From Histomonas meleagridis 2922-C6/04-290x (lineage: Eukaryota; Protista; Parabasalia): 64,000 nucleotides of DNA. The DNA lies in assembly GCA_020184695.1 (NCBI GenBank), contig JAANOX010000153.1, positions 620,001-684,000 on the forward strand, written 5' to 3'. The translations under genes were made by a program, and so were the position numbers. Below the pieces are notes generated by a model. That model was not told where the DNA came from, made no database searches, and saw only the letters and a list, made by a program, of their open reading frames with translations. Positions 1 through 10,155 of this stretch are shown here, piece by piece (positions within the stretch are counted from its first letter, which is position 1; each line of letters starts with the position of its first letter).

Positions 1-1
1 T

Positions 2-412
2 GTCGATGACCTTATTAACTCCATTGATGCATTTCATCCAACGCTAACAAAGCCGAGTTTTTTAGCACGTAATGGAAATCCTATTTATAATCAATTAGAA
101 GAATCGATTCGAAATTTGTTTAATTCGGAAACAGTTTTCGAAGAAATGGAAAGAATTATCTCGTTGAAGAATCCGGATCTTATTAATTCGTATCCAATGT
201 ACTTAAGAGGCTTCTTGCAAAGGGCGTATTTGTTATATAACGGCGTCGAAATCGAAGGAATTAATGAGACGCAAAGAATCGTAATGAACGAAATGTTAAG
301 GAACTATCGAAATATGTCCGAAAATGATATAAAGGAAAACGGTAAATTCGGAGTAAATACATTAAAAAGACAACTCGACGATATGAACGAGTTACAGGCT
401 CAAAGCTGGTGA
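2..412 (+). CDS. 3' end of a hypothetical protein, truncated by the window edge
   Basis: The frame is open from base 2 (VDDLINSIDAF...) to TGA at 410-412, so it extends upstream of the listed 116 start. No family recognised. Confidence 0.6.
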   Translation, partial: VDDLINSIDAFHPTLTKPSFLARNGNPIYNQLEESIRNLFNSETVFEEMERIISLKNPDLINSYPMYLRGFLQRAYLLYNGVEIEGINETQRIVMNEMLRNYRNMSENDIKENGKFGVNTLKRQLDDMNELQAQSW

Positions 413-904
413 ATGTTGTGTGTAAAAAATTGTTTAAATTTTGCGTTTGTAAATTTAAAAATTGTTTTGGAAAGTTCATTTTGTTCTTTTTTATGAATTC
501 GAATTATTGGACATTTTATTTGTGGTGAATATGAACCAATTTCATCATTATCTGTACGAGAATGAATATCATTGATAGTGGCTTCATGTTTATTTTGTTA
601 ACTCAACTTTATGTTTCTAGAATAATATATATGCAAAAAGTCATCATCCTCGATGATTAGTGATAGTTATTTTCTATATATAAATACATAACATGGTCAT
701 GTGATAACATATCAACGATGATCTCAGAAAATTTGATGGGGAAAAAAAATTTTTTTAATAATACAAAAATCATATGATGAATGTATATCTCCAATATGAA
801 CACATCGATGAAAAAAATTCAGTGTTATCATCAAATTAACGATCAAAAATGAATTTTTTACAAATTTCACATAGAAATCTTAATTATTCCTACACATCAA
901 CACT

Positions 905-1560
905 TTAATATAAATGATGATTTTTTAACAACTTTGATCTTGAGACCCCCTGCTTACGCAACTCTGTGCAATTACATTGTTGTATAAAATAATTTAAATA
1001 ATTTTCAAATATTATTTTGAAATATGAAATTATTGAAACAAATATTAAATAAAATAAACAAATATTTTCCGCATTAATATCAATTCCTTCTTTTTCAAGA
1101 AGTAATTTAACTATTTCTGTACGACCATTTTCAGATGCTCTAATAAGTGCTGTATTAAATAATTTAAATAATTTCCAAATATTATTTTGAAATATTGAAC
1201 CACTAAAACAAACTCTATTTTGAGCATTAATATCAATTCCTTCTTGTTCAAGAATGTATTCAACAAGTTCAATATTTCCTGAAAATGATGAAAAAACTAA
1301 AATATCTTTTGGAATTGAATTTTGTTTAAGCAAAAGTTTGGTAAGATATCACATATGTAATTCAGTATATATTTTGAAGTTTATCGAAAACCAACAAATC
1401 ATATATAATGTGTTTAACTTTATAGGTTTATTTTTTCAGTTTTTGAATATAAATCCGATGATTTTTCATTCATTTGATTCTATCGTTGGAAATGCATCCA
1501 ATGATATTATATTTATAAAATTTTTAATTAACTGCATTCACCAGAAATTTGAAACTCAAA
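905..1560 (-). pseudogene. Degenerate ankyrin-repeat gene with two linker inserts
   Basis: Ankyrin motifs GNIELVEYILEQEGIDINAQN and TALIRASENGRTEIVKLLLEKEGIDINAEN. Upstream part has stops; last repeat is frameshifted. Confidence 0.7.
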
Positions 1561-1874
1561 AAATGTGAAGAAATTCTAAAAATCAATAATTTATATGGTT
1601 TTGTTAGTTTCTCATATCATAATTTCTCACCATCTATTTTTTATCTAACAAATTTAATTACAGCAAAATGACATCTAAATTATTATTTGCTACAAAAATT
1701 GACAAGGTTTGTCTGTAGCAAAAAACGATTGCCCAAAATATTTTCATTTTTTATATTTTTTGTAAATTAATCAGTAACAAAATGTATTTATGTATTACAT
1801 AACATATAACAAAAACAAATCGAAAAATATATTTTTTTATTAATTTCCTTATGTTTTACATCAATTTTTCTATT

Positions 1875-3644
1875 TCATTCCATTGTCAATTTATCAATTT
1901 CGTTTGCCAATTCCATTATTTCCTTTTTGAGCACCTTACTTCTTTCTTCGTTATCACAACTTTCACATTCCGCAATTTTCTCTTCGCAACTTTTTATCAA
2001 TTTCTCCAAGAGATTCTCCTTATCTTCTTTCAGCTTTTCCTTCATTTTCTGGTTATGTCTATCGATAGCGTTTTGCACGCTTTTCGTGTGTTCATTATCG
2101 ATTGCGATCAGCATTTCCTCGTCGTACTGATTTGCGTAAGTCGCCTTAATGAACTCGGACTTGAAGAACTTATGCTTCGCATTCACAACTCGATAACATG
2201 CCTCGAGGTCCTCGTACTCGATGAACGCGCAGTTCAGCTCGTGCTTCTCCTGTATCCCGAGGATCCGCCCGAAGCGATTGAACTCCTTAAACAGCAGCCC
2301 GACGTTGTTCAGGTTCGGAGACAGCCCGGCAATGCACACGATGTATCGGATCGGAGGTATCCGCGGCGGAGCCACGTCGCCGTCGTTGTAGCGGTCGCTG
2401 ATCTGCGTTATCTCTTTGAGGATTCGCTTCGCTTCGACGGGATCGCACTCGATCTTTGAGATGTCGTCTTCGTTCGTTTCGTTTTCGTCTTTGCTTTCGT
2501 TTTGCTTGCTCTTGCTGTGGTAATTGTTGTGGTATTTCTGGTAGTTGTAGTGACGATTAATGTGAAGAAGGCGTTGCGAGTTGTGGTGGCTATCCGAATC
2601 CGATTTGTCATTTGTTGGCTTCCGAGGAGAGCGATAACTTCGGCGGCGATTGTCGTACGTAACATGATACAATCTGCGGTCGTCGCTTTTGTCTAACGAA
2701 TTGTCTCTGTTGCGGACGTATTGTCTGCGGTCGTCGCTTTTGTCTCTTTTTCGTGGCGAATCATATTTCGCGCGGTCGTCGTTTTCGCTTCGTCGCCTTA
2801 TGTAACTTTCGTCCGGTTCTGCGGGTGGAAATGTTTCGTATTTGGTTCTTTTGTGCTCGCGGTCGTCGTCTTTTGAGTCGCGTTTCTCTTTGGAGGACTT
2901 TCTGTGGCGTTTTTCTGTTTCATCTGAATGACCTTCGGAATGCTTTCGCCTGTGCTTCTTGTGCTTAGGCTCACTGTCGCTGTCAGTGGAATCAATATGC
3001 TTGTGACGATGTCGGTGATGTCGAGTTTCTTCTTCACTCGAACTCGATGAACTACGATGTTTCGATTTGTGTGATTTTTTGGTTGGCTTGTCTGTGGTGT
3101 CGTCTGTACGCTTTTTGCGCTTCTTTTCTTCGGGTTCGTCTTCAGGAATTCCTTCTTTATCTGATTTTTTATGTTTCTTTTCTTCATCTGTTTTATGGTG
3201 TTTGGACTTTTTCTCTTTTTTGGAGTGCGTTTTACTGTCGGATTCTTTCTCGGATTTCTTGCTTTTACGATCAGATTTATCTGTGCTTCGCTTGCGTCGA
3301 TCTTCTTCTTTATCTGAAACTTCACTACGCTTTTTCCTTTCAGTAGGTTGGCTAGCCTTTGATTCATTTGAATTATTTGTTTCTGGCTCTTGGAAATCAT
3401 TTGAATCAATTTCAAATTTTCTTATCTTTAAAAGTGGCTTTAGAGTATCATAAAACTCGGCTGCTTTGTCACTTCCAATATATTCTTTAAGTGTGTTGAT
3501 GATGACATGTGAAGCAGCATCCCTCATTATAAGCTTAATAAGATATGTAGCTAAAACCTTTGGGTCCTGCTGATTTTCAAAGCGTCTGAGGTTATATAAA
3601 AGCCAATTTAGCAGGTGCTCTTGTTCTTCTTTGGACAAAAGCAT
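1875..3644 (-). CDS. RBM26/RBM27-like PWI + RRM RNA-binding protein
   Basis: N-terminal PWI-like LLNWL...DPKVLATYLIKLI, a long K/R/S/D-rich linker, and a C-terminal RRM (NLNNVGLLFKEFNRFGRI...AFIEY...FIKATY). Confidence 0.7.
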   Translation of the reverse strand: MLLSKEEQEHLLNWLLYNLRRFENQQDPKVLATYLIKLIMRDAASHVIINTLKEYIGSDKAAEFYDTLKPLLKIRKFEIDSNDFQEPETNNSNESKASQPTERKKRSEVSDKEEDRRKRSTDKSDRKSKKSEKESDSKTHSKKEKKSKHHKTDEEKKHKKSDKEGIPEDEPEEKKRKKRTDDTTDKPTKKSHKSKHRSSSSSSEEETRHHRHRHKHIDSTDSDSEPKHKKHRRKHSEGHSDETEKRHRKSSKEKRDSKDDDREHKRTKYETFPPAEPDESYIRRRSENDDRAKYDSPRKRDKSDDRRQYVRNRDNSLDKSDDRRLYHVTYDNRRRSYRSPRKPTNDKSDSDSHHNSQRLLHINRHYNYQKYHNNYHSKSKQNESKDENETNEDDISKIECDPVEAKRILKEITQISDRYNDGDVAPPRIPPIRYIVCIAGLSPNLNNVGLLFKEFNRFGRILGIQEKHELNCAFIEYEDLEACYRVVNAKHKFFKSEFIKATYANQYDEEMLIAIDNEHTKSVQNAIDRHNQKMKEKLKEDKENLLEKLIKSCEEKIAECESCDNEERSKVLKKEIMELANEIDKLTME

Positions 3645-3657
3645 CAGAATTGTTCGC

Positions 3658-3686
3658 TAAAAAGTGACAACCATTGTCACTTTTTA
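3658..3686. promoter_or_regulatory. Bidirectional core promoter: two back-to-back initiator (TCACTTT) elements
   Basis: Perfect 13-bp inverted repeat TAAAAAGTGACAA-CCA-TTGTCACTTTTTA between divergent ATGs at 3644 (-) and 3704 (+). Confidence 0.7.
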
Positions 3687-3703
3687 AAAAGTGGCGATTG
3701 GAA

Positions 3704-5302
3704 ATGAATGAAACAGATTTGGAACAAATTACAAGTGAAGATGCAAAAGTATCAAATGACTTTAGCGCAGAAAGTAGTTCGGATAAAATGCCATCTAATG
3801 TACCAACACCTAGATTAAGAATTTCTGACGATGAATTAATTTCTGATATTCCTCAAAAACATTCTGATGATGAAGCAATTTCATTTGACCTTGGGGATTC
3901 ATTTGCTAATGCAATATCAAATGATAACTTATTAGATATTAAAAAAAGAGAATCTTCGCCATTAGAAAAAAGTATTTCTGAATCAATACCATATCTTGAC
4001 AAAGATTCAGCTCGAAAGGAAAAAGGTGATTTCCGGTCAAACATTGTTTCTTTTGATTTATCAGAATTAAAAATTGCAAATTTTCCAGCAAAAGATTCAC
4101 TTTCATTCTCAAGCTTCACGGAGCTTACCGGAAACATATCACCAATTTCAACACGAAATGTCTCAGTTGATCAATCAGAAAAAGATATAGAACTTAGTGA
4201 ATTTGATTCTAAAAGAGATCTTCAAGACGAAGACCAGTATGATTTATCTGGGTCAGAATCTAATGAACAAGATCAATCAAGTGATTTAACATATAAAGAT
4301 GATTTTTCACAAATCCCTTATATTCAACCAAATGATGAAACTAACAACCAAAACACTTATAACACTGTTTTTAATAGCTCTAATCACACAACACAAAATT
4401 CTTCATTGCCACTTTTTGAGAGTCACATGAAGTTCACTGACGATAGCCTCAATGAATGCTTCCAAAGAATGCTACAAACAAAAGAACTTCCACCTATTGA
4501 GATCAGGAAATCTTTGATAGCATATCTTCATAAAGTTGAAGTCGATATTATTTGTGCTGAAGATTATGACAAAGCCACGGAAATAGACGACATAATTAAT
4601 GTTTTAACAAACTCATTAACAACCAAACAAAATCATGATATCGAACAAATTACTCAAACTGATCAACAAATCGAAGAATATTGGAACAATATAATCCAAA
4701 ATGAGAAAGATAAAGAAAAGAAATTACGCATTGAACTCGAGACAAAACACCAATTAGAGCAAGAATCGTTTCGATCCAAATGGGATGACGAATATATTTA
4801 TACGCAATACATGAAGCCATCTCACCAATTATTACAAATCCGTAAAAAACAAAAATCTATGGCGCTCATACATAACTTTACAGAAGCTAAAGAGCTAAAG
4901 CTTAAAGGTGACCAACTACAAAAGAAAGAACTTTTAACTGCCCGAAAGATTGCATCAGATGTAATAAAAGCTGAATATCAAAATTTGATCGAACAACAAA
5001 AACATGAAACACAGAGACACGAAGAAGAATGGAAGCGTCGAATATTGACCTTGGAAAATGAAAAAGGAAGAGCGCTGACTGCAAACGAAGTTTTGCTGAA
5101 ACAATTACAAAACGATCAAAAAGTGGAAGTAAGACAAAAAGTGACACTGCCTCTAATGTCAGCGTCAACGGAATTGAGAGTGAAGCCAATCATATCGCAA
5201 AGAAATAAGGAGTTGAGGAAATTAAGCGATAGTAAAAGGCTTGACGTAAAAGTGTGTCAAAAAAGCATAATAAGACCATTGACAACTTTGAAGAATAAGT
5301 GA
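3704..5302 (+). CDS. Coiled-coil hypothetical protein with acidic, Ser-rich N-terminus
   Basis: Long intact ORF; first ATG at 3704 follows an Inr. The C-terminal half is helical/coiled-coil (PSHQLLQIRKKQKSMA...FTEAKELK). Confidence 0.75.
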   Translation: MNETDLEQITSEDAKVSNDFSAESSSDKMPSNVPTPRLRISDDELISDIPQKHSDDEAISFDLGDSFANAISNDNLLDIKKRESSPLEKSISESIPYLDKDSARKEKGDFRSNIVSFDLSELKIANFPAKDSLSFSSFTELTGNISPISTRNVSVDQSEKDIELSEFDSKRDLQDEDQYDLSGSESNEQDQSSDLTYKDDFSQIPYIQPNDETNNQNTYNTVFNSSNHTTQNSSLPLFESHMKFTDDSLNECFQRMLQTKELPPIEIRKSLIAYLHKVEVDIICAEDYDKATEIDDIINVLTNSLTTKQNHDIEQITQTDQQIEEYWNNIIQNEKDKEKKLRIELETKHQLEQESFRSKWDDEYIYTQYMKPSHQLLQIRKKQKSMALIHNFTEAKELKLKGDQLQKKELLTARKIASDVIKAEYQNLIEQQKHETQRHEEEWKRRILTLENEKGRALTANEVLLKQLQNDQKVEVRQKVTLPLMSASTELRVKPIISQRNKELRKLSDSKRLDVKVCQKSIIRPLTTLKNK

Positions 5303-5673
5303 TGTAAAAATAAAATATTTTTGTGTGTAATTTCTTTATAATAATTGTCTGAAAGTAGGTACATTTTTGACGTTATTTGTTTTATAAAAGAAAAATTGTA
5401 AAAAGAAAATTCTATTTGAAAGAGTCAGTCCGATGAAGGTTTCCTTTATAAAAAGCTTTTATATTTTATGATAATATAGATAATTTATATATGTGTTATA
5501 TCAACTATTTATGTAATTAATTCTGTAATAAATACCTTTATATAAATATATAATATTGATATTGATGATGATAGTAATAATGAAGAAGAAGAAATTCCTG
5601 ATAATATTAAGTTATCATTATACTGTTAAGTATTTCATTTTTACATTATTTTTGCTGGTATAAAAAAGAAGTG

Positions 5674-6471
5674 ATGTCAGAAGTTCAACAACAAACAATT
5701 GTATCTAATAATGAAAAGTTTATATATTCTACTTATAATAATATATCTGTGTTAATTAGAGAAAAAGATGGTTTTATTAATGCTGCTAATTTATGCAAAC
5801 AGTTTAAGAAAAGAATAAATAAATTATTTGAAAATAAATCTTGGGTTGAATATTTAAATGAATTTATTAAAGAATATGGTTATCATGACGGTGCTCCGAA
5901 TTCGGTGCACCCTAAAAACCCTGTTTATAAATTAAAGAAAGGTTTTGATGAAGTTAGAGGCACTTATGTTGATCAAAGATTGATAAATTACATAGCTATT
6001 TGGTGTTCTCCTAAGTATGCAGTATATGTCGGAAAAATAATGGATACTATTAATAAAATTGGTAAAGCAAAATTAATTGATGATGAATCTAATATGAAAG
6101 AAGTTATTAACAATTTAACAAATGAATTAGAGCTGTACAAAAACAAAAATAAAGAACTTATCGCAAAACAACAAATTGATGAATATATCATTTATGATGA
6201 AGCTGTTAGATCTAATAACGTTAAAAATCGTAAATTAACAATATATAAGGATGATGATGTTATTAGAATATCAGCTGATAACAACAGATCTTTCAAAACA
6301 TTTATTGTTCAGTATACATTCCCCGCAAGTATGAACATAAGAATGCAACTTAAAAATGATAAATTATATAATAAATTATCAAATATTACTGAAGATGAAT
6401 ACATTAAAATAAGAGATTATTTAGATTCATTAAATCCAAAATCAAGAGTAGAAGGATTAGATTATTTCTGA
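5674..6471 (+). CDS. KilA-N domain DNA-binding protein
   Basis: YNNISVLIREKDGFINAANLCKQFKK and RGTYVDQRLINYIAIWCSPKYAVYV match the KilA-N/APSES-like pattern. ORF intact. Confidence 0.8.
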   Translation: MSEVQQQTIVSNNEKFIYSTYNNISVLIREKDGFINAANLCKQFKKRINKLFENKSWVEYLNEFIKEYGYHDGAPNSVHPKNPVYKLKKGFDEVRGTYVDQRLINYIAIWCSPKYAVYVGKIMDTINKIGKAKLIDDESNMKEVINNLTNELELYKNKNKELIAKQQIDEYIIYDEAVRSNNVKNRKLTIYKDDDVIRISADNNRSFKTFIVQYTFPASMNIRMQLKNDKLYNKLSNITEDEYIKIRDYLDSLNPKSRVEGLDYF

Positions 6472-6538
6472 ATAAGGTTATTTTTATAAAAATACTATGA
6501 AAATGAAGGTGGTGTAAATTTACCCCACCCTAATATAT

Positions 6539-7299
6539 TTATTTTTCAACATTTGATAATGTTATAGTGATTTTTTTGGCTTTTATATAAATATTAAATC
6601 TGTCATGTTGATTCTTTATTTTAGAATATTCATTCCATAACTTATCTACGTCAAAACAACTGGCTGGAGATTCTTTAATTAAATAATAAAAATCTTCTCT
6701 ACTAATTCCGGGAAATAATACTATATCAGATAAGGTTCGTTTTAAATCCTTTGGTATTGATTTAACTGTCTGATCACTGAAATGTCTTAATTTTTTCAAC
6801 AATTTCATTAAATCAGTTTCTTTATTTTTTAATAATATATGGTTAGCAAAGTCATCTAATATTAATAACATTCTGTGAGGATAAGTTTTCCAATTATAAT
6901 ATGCTAATTTTAATGATATATATTTTAATATCTTTTGTTTATTATTTAATTTATGTTTAGTAAATATTCACTCTAACTCTTCATTAATATCTTTAAAATC
7001 ACTATTAATATATTTTATAATACAGTTATATTTTAATATTCTTTTCATATATTTGTTCAGGAAATCTAATAAATCGTTGTCAGATACTGCGATAAGTTTA
7101 CTTTTCTAAAAAATACTTTGAAAGAATTAACTGTTTCATCAAATTTATTACTAGTAGAACATATAACAATTAATTCATAAAAAGGTTCTTTAAACAATAC
7201 TTCTTGTTGAGCTATTAATTTTAAATAAGTATATGATTTCCCACTCCACATAGAAGCTATTAGAGCACACATACTATTCTGGGTTTTGCTCAAAATCAC
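6539..7299 (-). pseudogene. Maverick-type (A32-like/FtsK-HerA) packaging ATPase pseudogene
   Basis: Degenerate Walker A (ASMWSGKS) in the 7066-7299 piece. Walker B (LLILDD) and LRH...QTVKSIPKDLKR in the 6539-6871 piece. Stops and frameshifts lie between the pieces. Confidence 0.7.
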
Positions 7300-7355
7300 A
7301 TCTAGAGAGACCGTTATTTCTTTGTTTTGGCGCCAGTGAATTCACCTTTTAAAAC

Positions 7356-8096
7356 ATGGAAGGCGGATTCGACTTCAACGACAGACTTCCGTCCGAAACA
7401 GGAGAACGACAACCAATCAAAACTGAAGATGCAATTACCCCAGTAACTATTAAACAACTTTTAGATGCAAATTTCGAACCTGGAAAAAACATTACAATTG
7501 ATGGTATTCCTCGAAAACAAGTTAGTATTGTTGGATTAATTGAAAGGGTCACTGATGATGCTATTGTATCATATTATGATGTAAATGATTCAACAGGTAT
7601 ATTTCAAGTTCAAGATTTTACAAAAGATATGGACACACTCACTGAACCATTCCAATCTGGAACTTATGTTTCCATTGTTGGTAAGATTTCATTTTCAGAT
7701 ACTGATCGTCAACCAATAATTTCAGCTTTTTCTGTTAAAAAAGTCGTCGATTTCAATCAAATTCCATGTCATTTGCTTCAAGCATTGTTTGTTCATTTAC
7801 TAACTCTACGTGGTCTTCCATCAAATTCAGCATTTGAAATCAAGAATAAAGTATCACAAGGAAATTCAATCACATCGCAAAAGCAAGTCGATGATTCAAC
7901 ATCAGAAGAAGTGTTGTATAACGAAATTCTTGAGTTTCTTAGGATCAATAAACAAATTGATGGAACACCAAAATCAGATATAGTATCACACCTAAGCTCA
8001 AGGTTCTCAGTTGAAAAAATCTCTGATGCACTATCTGCTCTTGAATATCGTGGTGAAATTTACACATCTAGTCCAGATAGATATGTAATTTGCTGA
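7356..8096 (+). CDS. RPA2: Replication protein A 32 kDa subunit
   Basis: PVTIKQLLDA, OB fold (VSIVGLI...DSTG...YVSIVGKI), FNQIPCHLLQALFVHL, and a C-terminal winged helix. Confidence 0.85.
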   Translation: MEGGFDFNDRLPSETGERQPIKTEDAITPVTIKQLLDANFEPGKNITIDGIPRKQVSIVGLIERVTDDAIVSYYDVNDSTGIFQVQDFTKDMDTLTEPFQSGTYVSIVGKISFSDTDRQPIISAFSVKKVVDFNQIPCHLLQALFVHLLTLRGLPSNSAFEIKNKVSQGNSITSQKQVDDSTSEEVLYNEILEFLRINKQIDGTPKSDIVSHLSSRFSVEKISDALSALEYRGEIYTSSPDRYVIC

Positions 8097-8111
8097 ATAA
8101 AAAAATTTTTT

Positions 8112-8372
8112 TTACAAAATTTGTTTTATTTGATCAATAAGAGACTTAGTTTCTGTTATTTCATTTGGAATCGTTTCGTTAAGATCGGAATTAATGACAT
8201 TTTCTTTTGCCTTTAATTGTAAGACAAAATTAATGCACGAAATAATATCTGACTGATTTTGTGGAAATGAAGGAATAGGATTATCAAGCTTATTGTCTAT
8301 CTTATTATTAATTCCATTGTCAATGTCATCGCATATTTCTTTTACAGTTATTGTTGGAGGAGAAAAATCCAT
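8112..8372 (-). CDS. Small hypothetical protein (86 aa)
   Basis: ATG-initiated ORF with protein-like composition, ending 15 bp from the RPA2 stop. No family recognised. Confidence 0.45.
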   Translation of the reverse strand: MDFSPPTITVKEICDDIDNGINNKIDNKLDNPIPSFPQNQSDIISCINFVLQLKAKENVINSDLNETIPNEITETKSLIDQIKQIL

Positions 8373-8496
8373 CCCTGAATATTTTCATATAACATTTCAA
8401 TTAGAAATTATGTCAGAAACATTTTATCACAAAAATAATGGCAAAATTATTTCCTTTCATAATTGTTTTATCGTTGATGGTCAGATCACAATTTAA

Positions 8497-8829
8497 ATGC
8501 TCTCGACTTTGGGTTCTTCTTTTGCTCGTTTCTTTGCAAAGCCTATAAACATTCAACCATTAGGTGCTAGAGTTCTAATTGAATTGGATAAGAGTAAAAG
8601 CGAAAAGGTTGGAAGCTTATATGTTCCTCAAGCTGCTCAAGAGCAAGTTAACCAAGGAAAGGTTGTCGCCGTAGGTCCAGGCGCAATTGTTGATGGTAAG
8701 CGCGTTCCAATGACTCTTCAAGTTGGACAAAAAGTTTTAATGCCACAATTTGGAGGTCAAGTTGTTAAATATGAAAATCAAGAATATACCATCATTGATG
8801 AAGAAAACATCCTTGCTATATTCATTTAA
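8497..8829 (+). CDS. CPN10: Chaperonin 10 (GroES) with hydrogenosome-type presequence
   Basis: IQPLGARVL, GKVVAVGPG, VGQKVL...FGG and ENILAI. The N-terminus MLSTLGSSFARF resembles ML(S/T/A)...R-F hydrogenosomal targeting peptides. Confidence 0.9.
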   Translation: MLSTLGSSFARFFAKPINIQPLGARVLIELDKSKSEKVGSLYVPQAAQEQVNQGKVVAVGPGAIVDGKRVPMTLQVGQKVLMPQFGGQVVKYENQEYTIIDEENILAIFI

Positions 8830-9077
8830 AATAAAGTTTATAATAAACTATTTCATACTCATTATAAATCTGAATACATTGACTGTACTTTTGGGATTTT
8901 TTTGAGAGATATTGTAATACAAAATTCAAACTCTGTATTTTTTATGGGAAATTAGCTTAAGCTAATGAACAAATATTTCTTTTACATAAAGATGTCACTT
9001 TTTTATCAAAACCGTTTAAATTCCGATCGGCGTAAAATCTTCAAATTGTTAATGTTTGTTTGAACAGAAATTTAAGT

Positions 9078-9695
9078 ATGGAACAAAACCAACCAATTTG
9101 CTGGTGCTTCAAATGCAACAAAAGAATCAAAGCTACAAGGGAATTTACATGCCCGTTTTGTAATGATGATTATATAGAAATTGAAGAAAACCAAAATTTA
9201 CCTTATGAATCTCCAGCTCCACAACCAATAAGTTTTAGCTTCAATTTACCGATAGGCGAAATAATGAGGACATTGACAACACCACCAGCAAATGGACAAC
9301 CTCCAAACTTGGTATCCACTATAATGAACATGGCTCAAACTATTCTTTCTAATATCACTCGCAATACTGGTAATGCTGTAGGATCTGTTGGTGACTACTT
9401 TTTCGGAAATGAAGAACAGTTACGCCTCCTTGCTGATCGGCTTTTCCAAATGAGCCAGCAATCACTCGGATCTCCTCCAGCAACAGAAAGCTTTATTAAT
9501 AGCCTTCAGCCAGTTCGCTACGGTGATTCTGATTGTGTTGAAGATACATGTTCAATTTGCCTGGATCATTTTGAGGAAGATACAGAAATCGTTTTGCTTC
9601 CTTGCAGACATGGATTCCATCAAAACTGTATTACACAATGGCTAAAATTGCATAGTGAATGTCCATCTTGCAGACATAAGCTTCCTTCTACATGA
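9078..9695 (+). CDS. RNF126/RNF115-like RING-H2 E3 ubiquitin ligase
   Basis: N-terminal zinc ribbon WCFKC...CPFCNDDYIE, GDYFFG, and C-terminal CSICLDHF...LPCRHGFHQNCITQWLKLHSECPSCR. First ATG at 9078. Confidence 0.85.
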   Translation: MEQNQPICWCFKCNKRIKATREFTCPFCNDDYIEIEENQNLPYESPAPQPISFSFNLPIGEIMRTLTTPPANGQPPNLVSTIMNMAQTILSNITRNTGNAVGSVGDYFFGNEEQLRLLADRLFQMSQQSLGSPPATESFINSLQPVRYGDSDCVEDTCSICLDHFEEDTEIVLLPCRHGFHQNCITQWLKLHSECPSCRHKLPST

Positions 9696-9978
9696 ATTGG
9701 ATTTTTTTTATTTGTTTATTTTTAAACACATTTAAATTAATAAAATATTCTATGTAATTGTTCTAGATTAAATAGAGCTCTATTTTTATAAATTGATTAA
9801 GCAAAACTCTTACTTCAAAATAATTATATGTGAAATAAAATGGAAAATAAAATTACTTAAAAATGATGCATGATTTTATATACACACATCATTTTATTCA
9901 TTTCTTGAAAATCTTTTGATTATTTAGCGCGGATTGTTTTAGGTGATTTTTCTTACAAAAAATTACTCGAGAAAAAAA

Positions 9979-10058
9979 TGTTCACCGTGGGGTTCGAACC
10001 CACGCCCTCTCGGACTAGTGCCTTAAACTAGCGCCTTGGACCACTCGGCCAGATGAAC
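9979..10058 (-). tRNA. tRNA-Leu, anticodon AAG
   Basis: The minus strand folds as a cloverleaf: acceptor GTTCATC/GGTGAAC, D loop with TGG, anticodon stem CTAGT/ACTAG with loop TTAAGGC, long variable arm, GGTTCGAACCC T arm. A T7 terminator follows. Confidence 0.95.
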
Positions 10059-10155
10059 TTTCGTTTGGTTTTGAATAACTAATATTTGATATATAATTAA
10101 TGAAAGATTTTCTATTTACTGAATTTGGAGCAGAACTTTGTAGAGAATTAAAAAT

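Larger units (their letters stand above)
5460..7305. mobile_element. Decayed Maverick/Polinton-like fragment
   Basis: Extremely AT-rich segment carrying a KilA-N gene and a disrupted A32-like packaging ATPase. No terminal inverted repeats found; boundaries approximate. Confidence 0.6.

Noticed and set aside
540-930. Many GATGA/TCATC words suggesting MITE subterminal repeats
   Set aside because: No terminal inverted repeat or target-site duplication could be defined.
1154-1216. Ankyrin insert as an ordinary GT-AG intron (GTTTGT...ATACAG)
   Set aside because: Removing it shifts the frame, there is no branch motif, and the other three copies lack a GT at that position.
7298-7312. AGAGAG as a Maverick terminus
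   Set aside because: Wrong orientation for a right end and no matching inverted repeat on the left.
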